IMG/VR virus record: IMGVR_UViG_2657245124_000003
Length of the DNA stretch: 37,809 bases
Origin: a virus
Taxonomy: Duplodnaviria; Heunggongvirae; Uroviricota; Caudoviricetes
Strand: one strand, 5' to 3'
Shown: piece by piece, positions 15,999 through 25,378 of the stretch
Layout: every line of letters starts with the position of its first letter
Numbering within the stretch: the first letter of the stretch is position 1
The notes under the pieces: model-generated
Seen by the model: only the letters and a program-made list of their open reading frames with translations
Databases searched by the model: none
What the model was told of the DNA's origin: nothing
Position numbers and translations under genes: made by a program

Positions 15999-17051
15999 AT
16001 GAATCTGGTGATGTCAGATATTACCCGCAACAAGCTGGGTTGCTATATGGCGCAGCAGGCGTCGCTTAACAATATCCCGGTTTCCGCACTGGTATCGCGA
16101 TTTACCGTGGAACCCTCGGTACAGCAGCGTTTTGAAAACGCCTCAAAGGAAAGCACCGAATTTACAAAAAGAATTAACGTGATCGGCGTGACCGACCAGA
16201 AAGGCGAAAAAATCCTCCTGGACACCACCGGGCCAATTGCGCGCACGAATAGCAGTTATGACGGCATCAAACGCCGTAACCCGAATAACGTGATCGATAT
16301 GAAGTCTCGTCAGTACCAGTGCGAACAGGTGAACTACGATACCTTTATTTCGTACCCACAGCTTGATACCTGGGCGGCCCACAGCGATTTTCAGTCCCGT
16401 ATCAGTACACAGATCGCCCGGCAGGTAGCGCTTGATCGCATCATGATTGGCTTTAACGGCACATCCCACGCCTACGAGTCTGATTTTCACACCAACAAGC
16501 TGCTTCAGGACGTTAACGTGGGCTGGCTGGAGCACATCAGAACCGATGCCAGCGAGCGCGTAATGAATGACGTGACGCTGACCTCCCGCAACATGGACAA
16601 CACTGTGGCGCACGCGGGTAAGTATGCGAATGCCGATGCTCTGGTACAGGATGCGCGCTCATCCCTGCTGGATGAATGGCACAAGGAAGCTGACGACCTC
16701 GCGGTGATTATGGGGCGCAACCTGTTTAACTCGCTGCGTCTGCCCGTGCTGAACAGCATCAGCGGCCAGAATCCCAATGCGGAATTACTTGCCGGGCAGC
16801 TCATCCTGTCATCGCGCACCATTGGCGGGCTGGGCGTGTTCCTTGCGCCGTTCTTCCCGGATGCAACGATGCTTATCACCTCGTTCAACAACCTGTCGAT
16901 TTACTGGCAGAAAGGTTCAATGCGTCGCCTGATGAAAGACGAGCCGGAATACAACCGCATCGCCACCTACCAGTCCATCAATGACGCTTATGTCGTTGAA
17001 GACTATGGCAAGTGCGCGATGATCACTGGCCTGAAGTTCGCCGACAGCTAA
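15999..17051 (+). CDS. N: major capsid protein (P2 gpN-like)
   Basis: 350 aa (P2 N is 357 aa), directly after O. Confidence 0.8.
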   Translation: MNLVMSDITRNKLGCYMAQQASLNNIPVSALVSRFTVEPSVQQRFENASKESTEFTKRINVIGVTDQKGEKILLDTTGPIARTNSSYDGIKRRNPNNVIDMKSRQYQCEQVNYDTFISYPQLDTWAAHSDFQSRISTQIARQVALDRIMIGFNGTSHAYESDFHTNKLLQDVNVGWLEHIRTDASERVMNDVTLTSRNMDNTVAHAGKYANADALVQDARSSLLDEWHKEADDLAVIMGRNLFNSLRLPVLNSISGQNPNAELLAGQLILSSRTIGGLGVFLAPFFPDATMLITSFNNLSIYWQKGSMRRLMKDEPEYNRIATYQSINDAYVVEDYGKCAMITGLKFADS

Positions 17052-17060
17052 TCAACTCAC

Positions 17061-17079
17061 GGCGGGCATCATGCCCGCC
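17061..17079 (+). other. perfect GC-rich hairpin just after the capsid gene
   Basis: ggcgggcat-c-atgcccgcc, 9-bp stem; no T-run, so more likely an attenuator or RNA-stability element than a strong terminator. Confidence 0.35.
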
Positions 17080-17096
17080 TGTAACGGAGAGAAAAA

Positions 17097-17897
17097 ATGA
17101 TTACTCCTGCACAACAACACTGGCAGAACGTGATGGCACAGCGCGCAGGCCGGGCGAATGAAGGTGTGGACCACGCCGCGCGTACCGCGCATGAAGAGGT
17201 GCTGTATCGTCTGCGTCTGGCACAGGCCAGGCTAAAGGGCGTACAGGCCAGAAGCGCGAAAGCCGCCATCAAAAAAGAGTTGTTGCCGGACTTTTCCGGC
17301 TGGATTGAGGGAACGCTGGAGACTGACGGCGGGCAACAGGACGAAGTAATTGCCACGCTGATGGTGTGGGCGATTGACTGCGGCGATCTTCCGCTGGCGC
17401 TGCGTATTGGTGCATATGTGGTCCGTCACAACCTCATCATGCCGGATAACTTTGGCCGTACTGCTGCCACGGTACTGACCGAAGAAATCTGCAACCCGGT
17501 ACTGACGCAGGCCGGGACGGATGCCGACGCGGATTTATCCGCCTTTATCGAACCACTGGACACACTTTGGGAAATTGTCGCCAACCAGGACATGCCGGAC
17601 GAAGTGCGCGCCAAATTATGCAAGGCGTGTGCCTTTGCCCGTCGTGGCCTGACCGATGCAGACAACATGGCCTCATCACTGAAGCTGCTGCGCGAAGCGA
17701 TGCACCTGAACCCGAACGCAGGTGTGAAACGCGAGATTGCAACCCTTTCCCGCGCCCTGAAAAAAGCCGATTCCGCAGCCGCACCAGAAGACGCCAGCGC
17801 ACAGCAGACGCAGGACGAAAGCAGCAAAAGTAAAAAGACAACGCAGAAGCCTGCAACACGAAAAACCACCGCGTCGCAGAAGGCGAAGCGCGGTTAA
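17097..17897 (+). CDS. M: terminase small subunit (P2 gpM-like)
   Basis: 266 aa, position after N; basic, low-complexity C-terminus. Confidence 0.7.
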   Translation: MITPAQQHWQNVMAQRAGRANEGVDHAARTAHEEVLYRLRLAQARLKGVQARSAKAAIKKELLPDFSGWIEGTLETDGGQQDEVIATLMVWAIDCGDLPLALRIGAYVVRHNLIMPDNFGRTAATVLTEEICNPVLTQAGTDADADLSAFIEPLDTLWEIVANQDMPDEVRAKLCKACAFARRGLTDADNMASSLKLLREAMHLNPNAGVKREIATLSRALKKADSAAAPEDASAQQTQDESSKSKKTTQKPATRKTTASQKAKRG

Positions 17898-18000
17898 CGA
17901 CTGACCCCGTCAGCGGGCGGCGTGCGCGGTGTTCCGGTTTGACTCCGTGACCGTTTACACCGCGCACCCTCCGCCCGATTTTTTTTCAGGAGTGAACTCC

Positions 18001-18495
18001 ATGAGTATGGTTGCCAGAACTGAACCAGGACCCGCAGAGGACGACATCACCGATACCGATGATGGCGACACTCGCATTTCAGCAGGTGCATTCTGGCCGG
18101 ATATTGTGCTGCGCGAGCTGCGTCTGGCGGTACGACTGCCGGGCCGCGTGACCACCTCCCGCCTGCTGCATACCGCCACTGGGGCCGTGGCTTACGTTAC
18201 CCGCGAACTGGAAGCGTGGCAGCAGGAACAGCAGGCGGCTGGCCATCAGACGCTGGCCGATGTTCCGGCACCCGTAATTAACGGAGAAAGCGTCAATCTC
18301 TGGCACTGGCGCAATGCTGTTTATACCGCCACACGTGCCCTGATTCTGGAGCGTTACCGCGATGCGGACACAACGGACAAGGGCGATCGCCGGGCGGACG
18401 CACTGGATATACAGACATCGGATTTGTGGCGCGATGTGAGCTGGGCCATCTCTGACATTCTGTGCCGCCCGCGAATCTTTGCGGAGTTGTGCTGA
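18001..18495 (+). CDS. L: head completion/stabilisation protein (P2 gpL-like)
   Basis: ATG at 18001 after GGAG; 164 aa (P2 L is 169 aa). Confidence 0.65.
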   Translation: MSMVARTEPGPAEDDITDTDDGDTRISAGAFWPDIVLRELRLAVRLPGRVTTSRLLHTATGAVAYVTRELEAWQQEQQAAGHQTLADVPAPVINGESVNLWHWRNAVYTATRALILERYRDADTTDKGDRRADALDIQTSDLWRDVSWAISDILCRPRIFAELC

Positions 18496-18695
18496 TGAAA
18501 GTGAAGGCACTGGAAGACGACACCGTGGATTCGCTCTGTTTCCGGTACTACGGCACGACGCAGGGCGTCACCGAAAAGGTGCTGGATGCCAACCCCGGAC
18601 TCTGTCAGCAGGTATTTCTGGACGCCGGGCAGGAAGTGGAGATGCCGGAGCCGGAGAAGAAGAAACGAGAAATGATTCAGTTGTGGGGGGAGTAG
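18495..18695 (+). CDS. X: tail protein X (P2 gpX-like)
   Basis: 66 aa starting MKVKALEDDTVDSLCFRYYG..., size and position match P2 X. Confidence 0.6.
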   Translation: MKVKALEDDTVDSLCFRYYGTTQGVTEKVLDANPGLCQQVFLDAGQEVEMPEPEKKKREMIQLWGE

Positions 18696-18698
18696 CAG

Positions 18699-19021
18699 TG
18701 AGCACCATTCAAACAGGGATCACAGAGCAGGTTATTGCGTGGCTCTTTGACCACCTGCCAACGGTGTATGCAGTAGGCGCGGCGGTCAGCATTTCCGCGC
18801 TGATGAGTCTTTATGACGGACGAACACTGGTTCAGACCGTAACGGGATCGCTGGCGTGCGGCGTTCTTGCCATGGCCGTGGCCGGGTCGTTGCGCTTCTT
18901 CGGGTTTCCTGAAGATGCCGTAACGTTTATCGGCGCATCAATCGGTTTTATGGGGGCAGAGAAAGTACGCGACAAGGTTATTGCGGCCTTTAATCGCAGG
19001 GTGAAGGAGAAGGACGAATGA
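18699..19021 (+). CDS. holin candidate
   Basis: GTG start; about 107 aa with two to three hydrophobic segments and a charged C-terminus; sits just before the endolysin. Start codon uncertain. Confidence 0.45.
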
Positions 19022-19410
19022 GCAACACATTTAAATTCAGCAGCCGGAGCGAAAAGAATTTGCAGGGCGTAAATCCTGATCTGGTGAAAGTGACCCGACG
19101 GGCACTGGAAATTTCGGAAGTGGATTTTGGTATCACCGAAGGATTGCGCAGCCGTTACCGCCAGAAGCAACTTGTGGCCACGGGTAAGAGCCATACCATA
19201 AACAGCCGCCACCTTACGGGGCATGCCGTGGATGTTGTGGCTTATGTCGGCAGCCAGGTGTCATGGGAATGGCCGCTGTACGAAAAAATCGCAGCAGCAT
19301 TCAGACAGGCCAGCCAGGAACTGAATATTCCGGTGGAATGGGGCGGCGACTGGAAGACCCTGAAAGACGGACCGCATTTTCAGTTACCACACGGAGCCTA
19401 TCCGGCATGA
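19018..19410 (+). CDS. endolysin, peptidase M15 (LAS metallopeptidase) type
   Basis: 130 aa; SRHLTGHAVDV (H-x6-D zinc ligands) and C-terminal GPHFQ histidine; unlike the P2 K lysozyme. Confidence 0.65.
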   Translation: MSNTFKFSSRSEKNLQGVNPDLVKVTRRALEISEVDFGITEGLRSRYRQKQLVATGKSHTINSRHLTGHAVDVVAYVGSQVSWEWPLYEKIAAAFRQASQELNIPVEWGGDWKTLKDGPHFQLPHGAYPA

Positions 19411-19814
19411 AGCTCTGGCCCACGCTTGGCGTCGCTTTCCTTCTGATTGCCGCATGGGGAACATCCATGCGTCTGTCGTGGTCGCTGGGCCGGGAGAACG
19501 CCAGAAACGAAGCGCAGACCAGCACCCTGAAAAGTACCGTCGACACACTGAATATCATCAGCGCCGGGGTACAGGATATGCAGCAGGTGCTGGCTCAACT
19601 CCGCGCGGAAAATCAGCAACGCAATCAGGACGGAGAGGTAAGACGTGAACAGCTACGCAACGATATTGCAAAAGATGAATGCGCCCACGCTTTGCCTGAC
19701 GCTCGTTTTACTGACAGGTTGCGCAGGCACGCAGAACGCGCCACGGCCAGCGCCGTCAGTCCGGCTTATACCGCAGACGCTGACCATGCCGGTAACGCCT
19801 CCCCCCTTCCCTGA
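19407..19814 (+). CDS. i-spanin (LysB/Rz-like)
   Basis: N-terminal TM segment LWPTLGVAFLLIAAWG then coiled-coil-like region; follows the endolysin. Confidence 0.5.
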   Translation: MKLWPTLGVAFLLIAAWGTSMRLSWSLGRENARNEAQTSTLKSTVDTLNIISAGVQDMQQVLAQLRAENQQRNQDGEVRREQLRNDIAKDECAHALPDARFTDRLRRHAERATASAVSPAYTADADHAGNASPLP

Positions 19815-19956
19815 CCCACCCACATGGGGAAACCTCGGAATATGGGGCGACCGCCTTCTGGATGCACTGGAAACCTGTAACGCGGAGAAACGGGCCATTG
19901 CTGAACTGGATAAGAGAATAGCCGAACTGACACACCAGACGGGAGTAACACAATGA
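19675..19956 (+). CDS. o-spanin lipoprotein (LysC/Rz1-like)
   Basis: MNAPTLCLTLVLLTGCAG has a lipobox (LTGC); Pro-rich mature part; overlaps the i-spanin in another frame. Confidence 0.55.
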   Translation: MNAPTLCLTLVLLTGCAGTQNAPRPAPSVRLIPQTLTMPVTPPPFPDPPTWGNLGIWGDRLLDALETCNAEKRAIAELDKRIAELTHQTGVTQ

Positions 19957-21833
19957 CCAGTAAGAACTTTGCACTGATTACAGCCATGACACAGGCTGAA
20001 CTGACCCGGAAAGTGAATGAATATCTTGCGAAGGGGTGGCATCTTCAGGGGGACACACGGGTAGCTTACGAGCCCGGCACCCCGTGGTATCTCATGCAGG
20101 CCATGGTGGCCGATGGTGCCACCGAGACGCCCTCTGAGCCATTACCAAACAACAAGACGCCGGAATGGTACTACGTGGTTGTGCTTGCCGGGCAGTCCAA
20201 CGGCATGGCTTACGGTGAAGGGCTTCCGTTACCGGATTCTTACGATGCTCCGGATCCGCGCATTAAACAGCTGGCGCGCCGCAGTACGGTAACCCCGGGG
20301 GGAGAGGGTTGTACGTATAACGACATCATCCCGGCTGACCACTGTCTGCATGATGTGCAGGATATGAGTACGCTGAATCATCCGAAGGCGGACCTGAGCA
20401 AAGGTCAGTACGGCTGTGTGGGACAGGGACTTCATATTGCCAAAAAACTACTCCCGTATATCCCGAATAACGCGGGGATCCTGCTGGTACCATGCTGTCG
20501 TGGTGGTTCGGCATTCACTCAGGGCGCGGAGGGAACATTCAGTACGACCACGGGGGCCAGCCAGGATTCGGCGCGCTGGGGTGCGGGTAAGCCGTTATAT
20601 CAGGACCTGATCGCACGCACCAAAGCGGCATTACAGAAGAACCCGAAAAATGTGTTGCTGGCGGTGTGCTGGATGCAGGGCGAATTTGACATGAGCGCTG
20701 CCACCTACGCACAGCAACCGGACCTGTTCACGGCCATGCTGAAGCAGTTCCGTACTGACCTTTCCGGATTTAACGCGCAGTGCCATGGCGGCAGTGCTGC
20801 AGTTATACCGTGGATTTGTGGCGACACGACGTATTACTGGAAAAACACATACGGCACACAGTATGACTCCGTCTACGGCGCGTACAAAAACAGGGAGAGC
20901 GACAACGTTTTCTTTGTGCCGTTCATGACCGACGGTAACGGCAACAACACGCCCACCAACTTACCGGCAGAAGACCCGGATATTGCTGATGCAGGTTATT
21001 ACGGCGCGCAATCCCGTAGTAATGGTAATTGGGTATCGTCAAATCGTCCGACACATTTCAGTTCATGGGCGCGCAGGAGCATTATTTCGGATCGCCTGGC
21101 AACCGCTATTCTGAACGCTGTTGGTCGAACCAGCGCCTTCATCAGCGGTACCGCACCGGAGATTAAACCCTCGCCCGGCGGCGACACTCCATCGGGGCCG
21201 TCTGATGGTGACACATCCGTTCGTACAGTCTCCCTGCTGCCGACAGCCGGAGAGGCTGCTGCGCAGGGCTGGACCATCACCGGCGGCAGTGTTGCGCTGG
21301 AAGATGGTGTGTTTAAGGTTACCAAGCAGAGCAATAAAACTTGGTCCCTGATGCATCCGGTGGATGACGCAGTCTCCCTGCTGACACGGGGCGGCAGACT
21401 GAGCTGTAAGTTTCGACTGTCAGGCGCACTGACCAACAACCAGTTCGGTCTGGGAATTTATCTGTATACCGATGTAGCGTTACCTGACGTCGTGGCGATG
21501 ACCGGGACTGGTAACCCGTTCCTGATGTCGTTCTTCACCCAGACCACAGACGGCAAACTGAATCTGATGCATCACAAGAAAGCCGGAAACACAAAGTTGG
21601 GCGAGTTCGGGAATTACAGTAACGACTGGCAGACGCTGGAGCTGGTGTTCACCGCCGGCAGTGCCACGGTTACTCCGAAACTGAATGGAGTGGCTGGCCC
21701 GGCATTCCAGGTCATAAAAGACAGTCTGACACTGGGGCTGAATGCGCTGACGTTAACTGATATCACTAAAAATGCCGCGTACGGCGTCGATATCGGCAGC
21801 CTGGTGCTGGAAATCAATAATCCCGCAGTATAA
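19953..21833 (+). CDS. NanS-p-like esterase: N-terminal DUF1737 domain, SASA/SGNH-type carbohydrate esterase domain, C-terminal lectin-like domain
   Basis: 626 aa; N-terminus MTSKNFALITAMTQAELTRKVNEYLAKGWHLQG matches the DUF1737 pattern of prophage NanS-p proteins; LAGQSNGMAYGEG carries the GQSN block of sialate O-acetylesterases; inserted between the lysis cassette and tail-completion gene R. Confidence 0.6.
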   Translation: MTSKNFALITAMTQAELTRKVNEYLAKGWHLQGDTRVAYEPGTPWYLMQAMVADGATETPSEPLPNNKTPEWYYVVVLAGQSNGMAYGEGLPLPDSYDAPDPRIKQLARRSTVTPGGEGCTYNDIIPADHCLHDVQDMSTLNHPKADLSKGQYGCVGQGLHIAKKLLPYIPNNAGILLVPCCRGGSAFTQGAEGTFSTTTGASQDSARWGAGKPLYQDLIARTKAALQKNPKNVLLAVCWMQGEFDMSAATYAQQPDLFTAMLKQFRTDLSGFNAQCHGGSAAVIPWICGDTTYYWKNTYGTQYDSVYGAYKNRESDNVFFVPFMTDGNGNNTPTNLPAEDPDIADAGYYGAQSRSNGNWVSSNRPTHFSSWARRSIISDRLATAILNAVGRTSAFISGTAPEIKPSPGGDTPSGPSDGDTSVRTVSLLPTAGEAAAQGWTITGGSVALEDGVFKVTKQSNKTWSLMHPVDDAVSLLTRGGRLSCKFRLSGALTNNQFGLGIYLYTDVALPDVVAMTGTGNPFLMSFFTQTTDGKLNLMHHKKAGNTKLGEFGNYSNDWQTLELVFTAGSATVTPKLNGVAGPAFQVIKDSLTLGLNALTLTDITKNAAYGVDIGSLVLEINNPAV

Positions 21834-21856
21834 GGAAGAGCAGGAGAGCAAAACAG

Positions 21857-22324
21857 ATGCTTAAGACAAACAGTCTGCGAGAGTCCATGCTTCATGGGTG
21901 TCGGTGGTGCCAGGCTAATCCCGAGAAATTCACCATTTTCGTGGAGAGCGGCAACATTGAAACGACCGGAGAAGCGCCCTCGTTTGTTTACCGCTATCAG
22001 ATGGTGATGTTTGTCATGGATTACGCCGGAGAGCTGGACGACCTCACGCTGCCGCTGCTGGCGTGGTTATCCGAAAATCAGCCACAGTTGTTGCTCAATC
22101 CGGAGCGTAATCAGGACATCAAATTTTCTGCCGTTATCAATGACGATGACAGCGCCGATCTCCTGTTTACGCTCCCCCTGCGGGAACGCGTTCGCATCAC
22201 GCGCAACAGTCAGGGCACACCGCAGGCAGAACACCTGCCGGAGCCAAAACCCCGTCTGCCTTCTTCCGAAGGCGACTGGTCGCATGTATTCCAGGATGTG
22301 ACGTGGGGTGAAAGCGATGGATAA
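21857..22324 (+). CDS. R: tail completion protein (P2 gpR-like)
   Basis: 155 aa, identical in length to P2 R; gene order. Confidence 0.7.
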   Translation: MLKTNSLRESMLHGCRWCQANPEKFTIFVESGNIETTGEAPSFVYRYQMVMFVMDYAGELDDLTLPLLAWLSENQPQLLLNPERNQDIKFSAVINDDDSADLLFTLPLRERVRITRNSQGTPQAEHLPEPKPRLPSSEGDWSHVFQDVTWGESDG

Positions 22325-22952
22325 GGCATTCACCCGCGTGGATGAAACCTTTGAGGCTATCCGCGACAGCCTGAATCAGCAGGCCATCAATAACATCGCC
22401 AGAAAGCTGGCACAGGATTTACGTCGCGCCCAGCAGGCACGTATCCGGTCACAAAAAGCGCCGGACGGGACCGAATGGACACCACGCAGACGCCGCGTAA
22501 CCCGGATACAGGAGCGCATTCGCTTTATCTGGAATAACGAAGCACGCACGCTGAAAAACTGGCATCACGACACGGGGAAATACGGGCGAACCATTACCGG
22601 GTGGGATGAGGATAAAAACAATATCCGCACGTTTTACCGGGATGACATCGACCGTTTTCTGGAAATACGCACCCGGCGCATCAACCAGGACAGCACAAAG
22701 CGCGTCCCCATGTTCGTAAAACTGCGCACCGCCCGCTACCTGAAAGCCCGTGCAGATGCCTCCGGTGTGACGGTGGGTTACAGCGGCGTGGCCGCACGTA
22801 TTGCACGCGTTCATCAGTTCGGTGAGCGCGATCAGGTTGCGCCGGGCATTTTCACCGATTACCCGGTACGTGAGCTGTTGGGTATCAGCCAGGCAGATGA
22901 GCGCCTGATTTATAACACGGTGCTGGGCCGGATTGCGGAGGCTGTACGGTGA
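22308..22952 (+). CDS. S: tail completion/virion morphogenesis protein (P2 gpS-like)
   Basis: Position between R and V; the true start may be the ATG at 22317. Confidence 0.65.
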   Translation: MKAMDKAFTRVDETFEAIRDSLNQQAINNIARKLAQDLRRAQQARIRSQKAPDGTEWTPRRRRVTRIQERIRFIWNNEARTLKNWHHDTGKYGRTITGWDEDKNNIRTFYRDDIDRFLEIRTRRINQDSTKRVPMFVKLRTARYLKARADASGVTVGYSGVAARIARVHQFGERDQVAPGIFTDYPVRELLGISQADERLIYNTVLGRIAEAVR

Positions 22953-23530
22953 GCGCAGAACTCATGCGACTGCTGAGCAACATCATCCGCACCGGGATCA
23001 TCTCTGAAGTTGATGAGAAGTCCTGGCGCGTGCGCGTTCGCAGCGGCGAACTGGAAACAGGCTGGTTGCGCTGGAACACCACGCGCGCGGGAGCCTTCAA
23101 TGTGTGGCTGCCGCCATCACCAGGCGAACAGGTGGTAATTGCCTGCATTGGCGGCAACCCGGAAACCGCCATGATAATTGGCAGCCTGTGGAGTGATGCC
23201 AGTCCGGCCCCCGGCAAAAGCCTGAAAGAAATCGTGGTCAGCGCGCCGGATGGCGCGGTGTTCCGCTACGACGCAGACGCTGGCGCACTGAGCGCCAGCG
23301 GCATGAAAACAGCCACCCTGCAGGCATCCGTCAGCGTGACACTGGATACGCCCGTCGTGGAATGCACAAACCTTCTGAGAACAGCGACGCTTGACGTCAC
23401 AAAAGGGGGAAAGATGAGCGGCAATATCACGCACAGCGGCGGCAACTTCACCTCAAACGGCATCACAGTGCATACGCATAAACACGGTGGCGTGAAAGGC
23501 GGCAGCGATTCGACAGGAGGCCCGCAGTGA
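22949..23530 (+). CDS. V: baseplate spike/assembly protein (P2 gpV-like)
   Basis: 193 aa; order V-W-J-I as in P2. Confidence 0.75.
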   Translation: MSAELMRLLSNIIRTGIISEVDEKSWRVRVRSGELETGWLRWNTTRAGAFNVWLPPSPGEQVVIACIGGNPETAMIIGSLWSDASPAPGKSLKEIVVSAPDGAVFRYDADAGALSASGMKTATLQASVSVTLDTPVVECTNLLRTATLDVTKGGKMSGNITHSGGNFTSNGITVHTHKHGGVKGGSDSTGGPQ

Positions 23531-23877
23531 CAACCCGCTACACAGGAATGAATCCGGACGGGACGGGAAACCTGAATGATATGGAGCACCTGAAACAGTC
23601 AGCCAGGGACATCCTGACCACCCCGCTGACCAGCCGGGTTATGCGACGGGAATATGGCAGCCTTGTACCTGATTTGATTGACGAACCCATGAATAACACC
23701 ACGCGTCTGCAATGCATGAGTGCTGCCGTGATTGCGCTGACACGATGGGAACCCCGCATTGCCCTGGACGCCATCGACGTTGTCTGGAAAGCGGGAGGCC
23801 GCGCCGGGGTGACGCTGTCGGGCACTGTCATGCAGACCATGCAGAATGTTGAGTTAACCATCACGCTGAGGGAGTAA
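23527..23877 (+). CDS. W: baseplate protein (P2 gpW-like, GPW/gp25 family)
   Basis: 116 aa (P2 W is 115 aa). Confidence 0.75.
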   Translation: MTTRYTGMNPDGTGNLNDMEHLKQSARDILTTPLTSRVMRREYGSLVPDLIDEPMNNTTRLQCMSAAVIALTRWEPRIALDAIDVVWKAGGRAGVTLSGTVMQTMQNVELTITLRE

Positions 23878-23880
23878 ATC

Positions 23881-24777
23881 ATGCCTGCTGTTGACCTTTC
23901 CCAGTTACCGGAACCCGCCATCATCGCGAAGCCTGATTTTGAGGCAATTCTGGCTGACACAAAGGCCATGATGATTGCGTCCTATCCTGCCGAACAGCGT
24001 GAAGCCGTCTCCGCCGCGCTGGAGCTGGAATCGGAACCCCTGAACGTTATCGCCCAGACAACAGCGTTTCGTGAAATGCTGTTACGCCAGCGGGTCAATG
24101 AGGGTGCACGCGCCTGCATGTTAAGCCACAGCGCCGGGACAGACCTGGACAACCTCGCGGGCAATATGAACACAAAGCGCCTGGTTATCACTCCGGCAAC
24201 GGATACCACCGACGCGGTGATGGAAAGCGACACATCGCTGAGACTGCGGGCGCAACGGGCGTATGACGGTCTGAGTGTTGCTGGCCCGTCAGGCGCATAC
24301 GAGTATTTTGCACGCAGCGCCAGCGGTCTGGTACGCGACGCGCGAGCCATCAGCCCGTCTCCGGCCAACGTGACGGTTTCCATCCTGTCCACTGAAGGCG
24401 ACGGCACAGCAACGGAGGCGTTGCTTAATACCGTTCGCGCCGTTCTGAATGCAGAGGATACCCGCCCGGTGGCCGACCGCCTGACCGTACAGAGCGCCAG
24501 AATCGTGACATGGCGGCTGAATGCAAAACTGTACTTTTACCCCGGCCCGGAATCCGAACCTATTCTGGCCGCGGCTGAATCGTCGTTCAGGAAGTGGCTG
24601 GCTGAGCAGGGGCTTATCGGTCAGGACGTGGCGTTGTCCGCCATTGCTGCCGCACTGCATGTGCACGGTGTGCAACGCGTGGAGATAATCGAACCCACAC
24701 AGAATATGGCCATCAGCGACATACAGGCGGCGCGCTGTGAGTCATTCACCATCAGCGAAGGTGGACGCAATGAGTAA
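23881..24777 (+). CDS. J: baseplate protein (P2 gpJ-like)
   Basis: 298 aa (P2 J is 302 aa). Confidence 0.75.
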   Translation: MPAVDLSQLPEPAIIAKPDFEAILADTKAMMIASYPAEQREAVSAALELESEPLNVIAQTTAFREMLLRQRVNEGARACMLSHSAGTDLDNLAGNMNTKRLVITPATDTTDAVMESDTSLRLRAQRAYDGLSVAGPSGAYEYFARSASGLVRDARAISPSPANVTVSILSTEGDGTATEALLNTVRAVLNAEDTRPVADRLTVQSARIVTWRLNAKLYFYPGPESEPILAAAESSFRKWLAEQGLIGQDVALSAIAAALHVHGVQRVEIIEPTQNMAISDIQAARCESFTISEGGRNE

Positions 24778-25378
24778 TTCGTTGTTACCACCATCAGCCA
24801 GCAATTTCATGCGTTGTGCCGAAGCCGTCGGAACACGCATTACAGACATTCCGGTAGACCTCAACACGCTGTGGTCGCCGGACACCTGCCCGGTGCATCT
24901 GCTGCCTTATCTCGCCTGGGCGTTTTCCGTTGACCGCTGGGATCGCAACTGGCCGGAAGAGACAAAGCGACAGGTGATTCGTGATGCATGGCTGATACAC
25001 CGACACAAAGGGAGCATCAGCGCACTGCGAAGAGCCGTGGAGCCTCTCGGCTACCTGATTGAAGTAAAGGAGTGGTGGCAACTCAACGAGGAGCCGGGAA
25101 CATTTCGCATTGTTGTCGGAGTACTTGATCAGGGCATCACCGATGAAATGCATCAGGAACTTGAGCGCCTTATTGCGGATGCAAAACCAGTAAGTCGCCA
25201 TCTGACGGGGCTGGCGATCAGCCTGAGTGTGAACGGAAAGATTTTCGTTGGTACGGGATGCTATCACGGCGATGCCCTGACGGTTTATCCCTACACCCCG
25301 GAGTCCATTATTGTCGAAGGGGACTATTTCCCTGCCCCGGCCATTCATTTAATTGATAATCTGAGAGTAAACGCATGA
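24770..25378 (+). CDS. I: baseplate protein (P2 gpI-like)
   Basis: ATG at 24770 overlapping the J stop (MSNSLLPPSASNFMRCAEAV...). Confidence 0.7.
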   Translation: MSNSLLPPSASNFMRCAEAVGTRITDIPVDLNTLWSPDTCPVHLLPYLAWAFSVDRWDRNWPEETKRQVIRDAWLIHRHKGSISALRRAVEPLGYLIEVKEWWQLNEEPGTFRIVVGVLDQGITDEMHQELERLIADAKPVSRHLTGLAISLSVNGKIFVGTGCYHGDALTVYPYTPESIIVEGDYFPAPAIHLIDNLRVNA

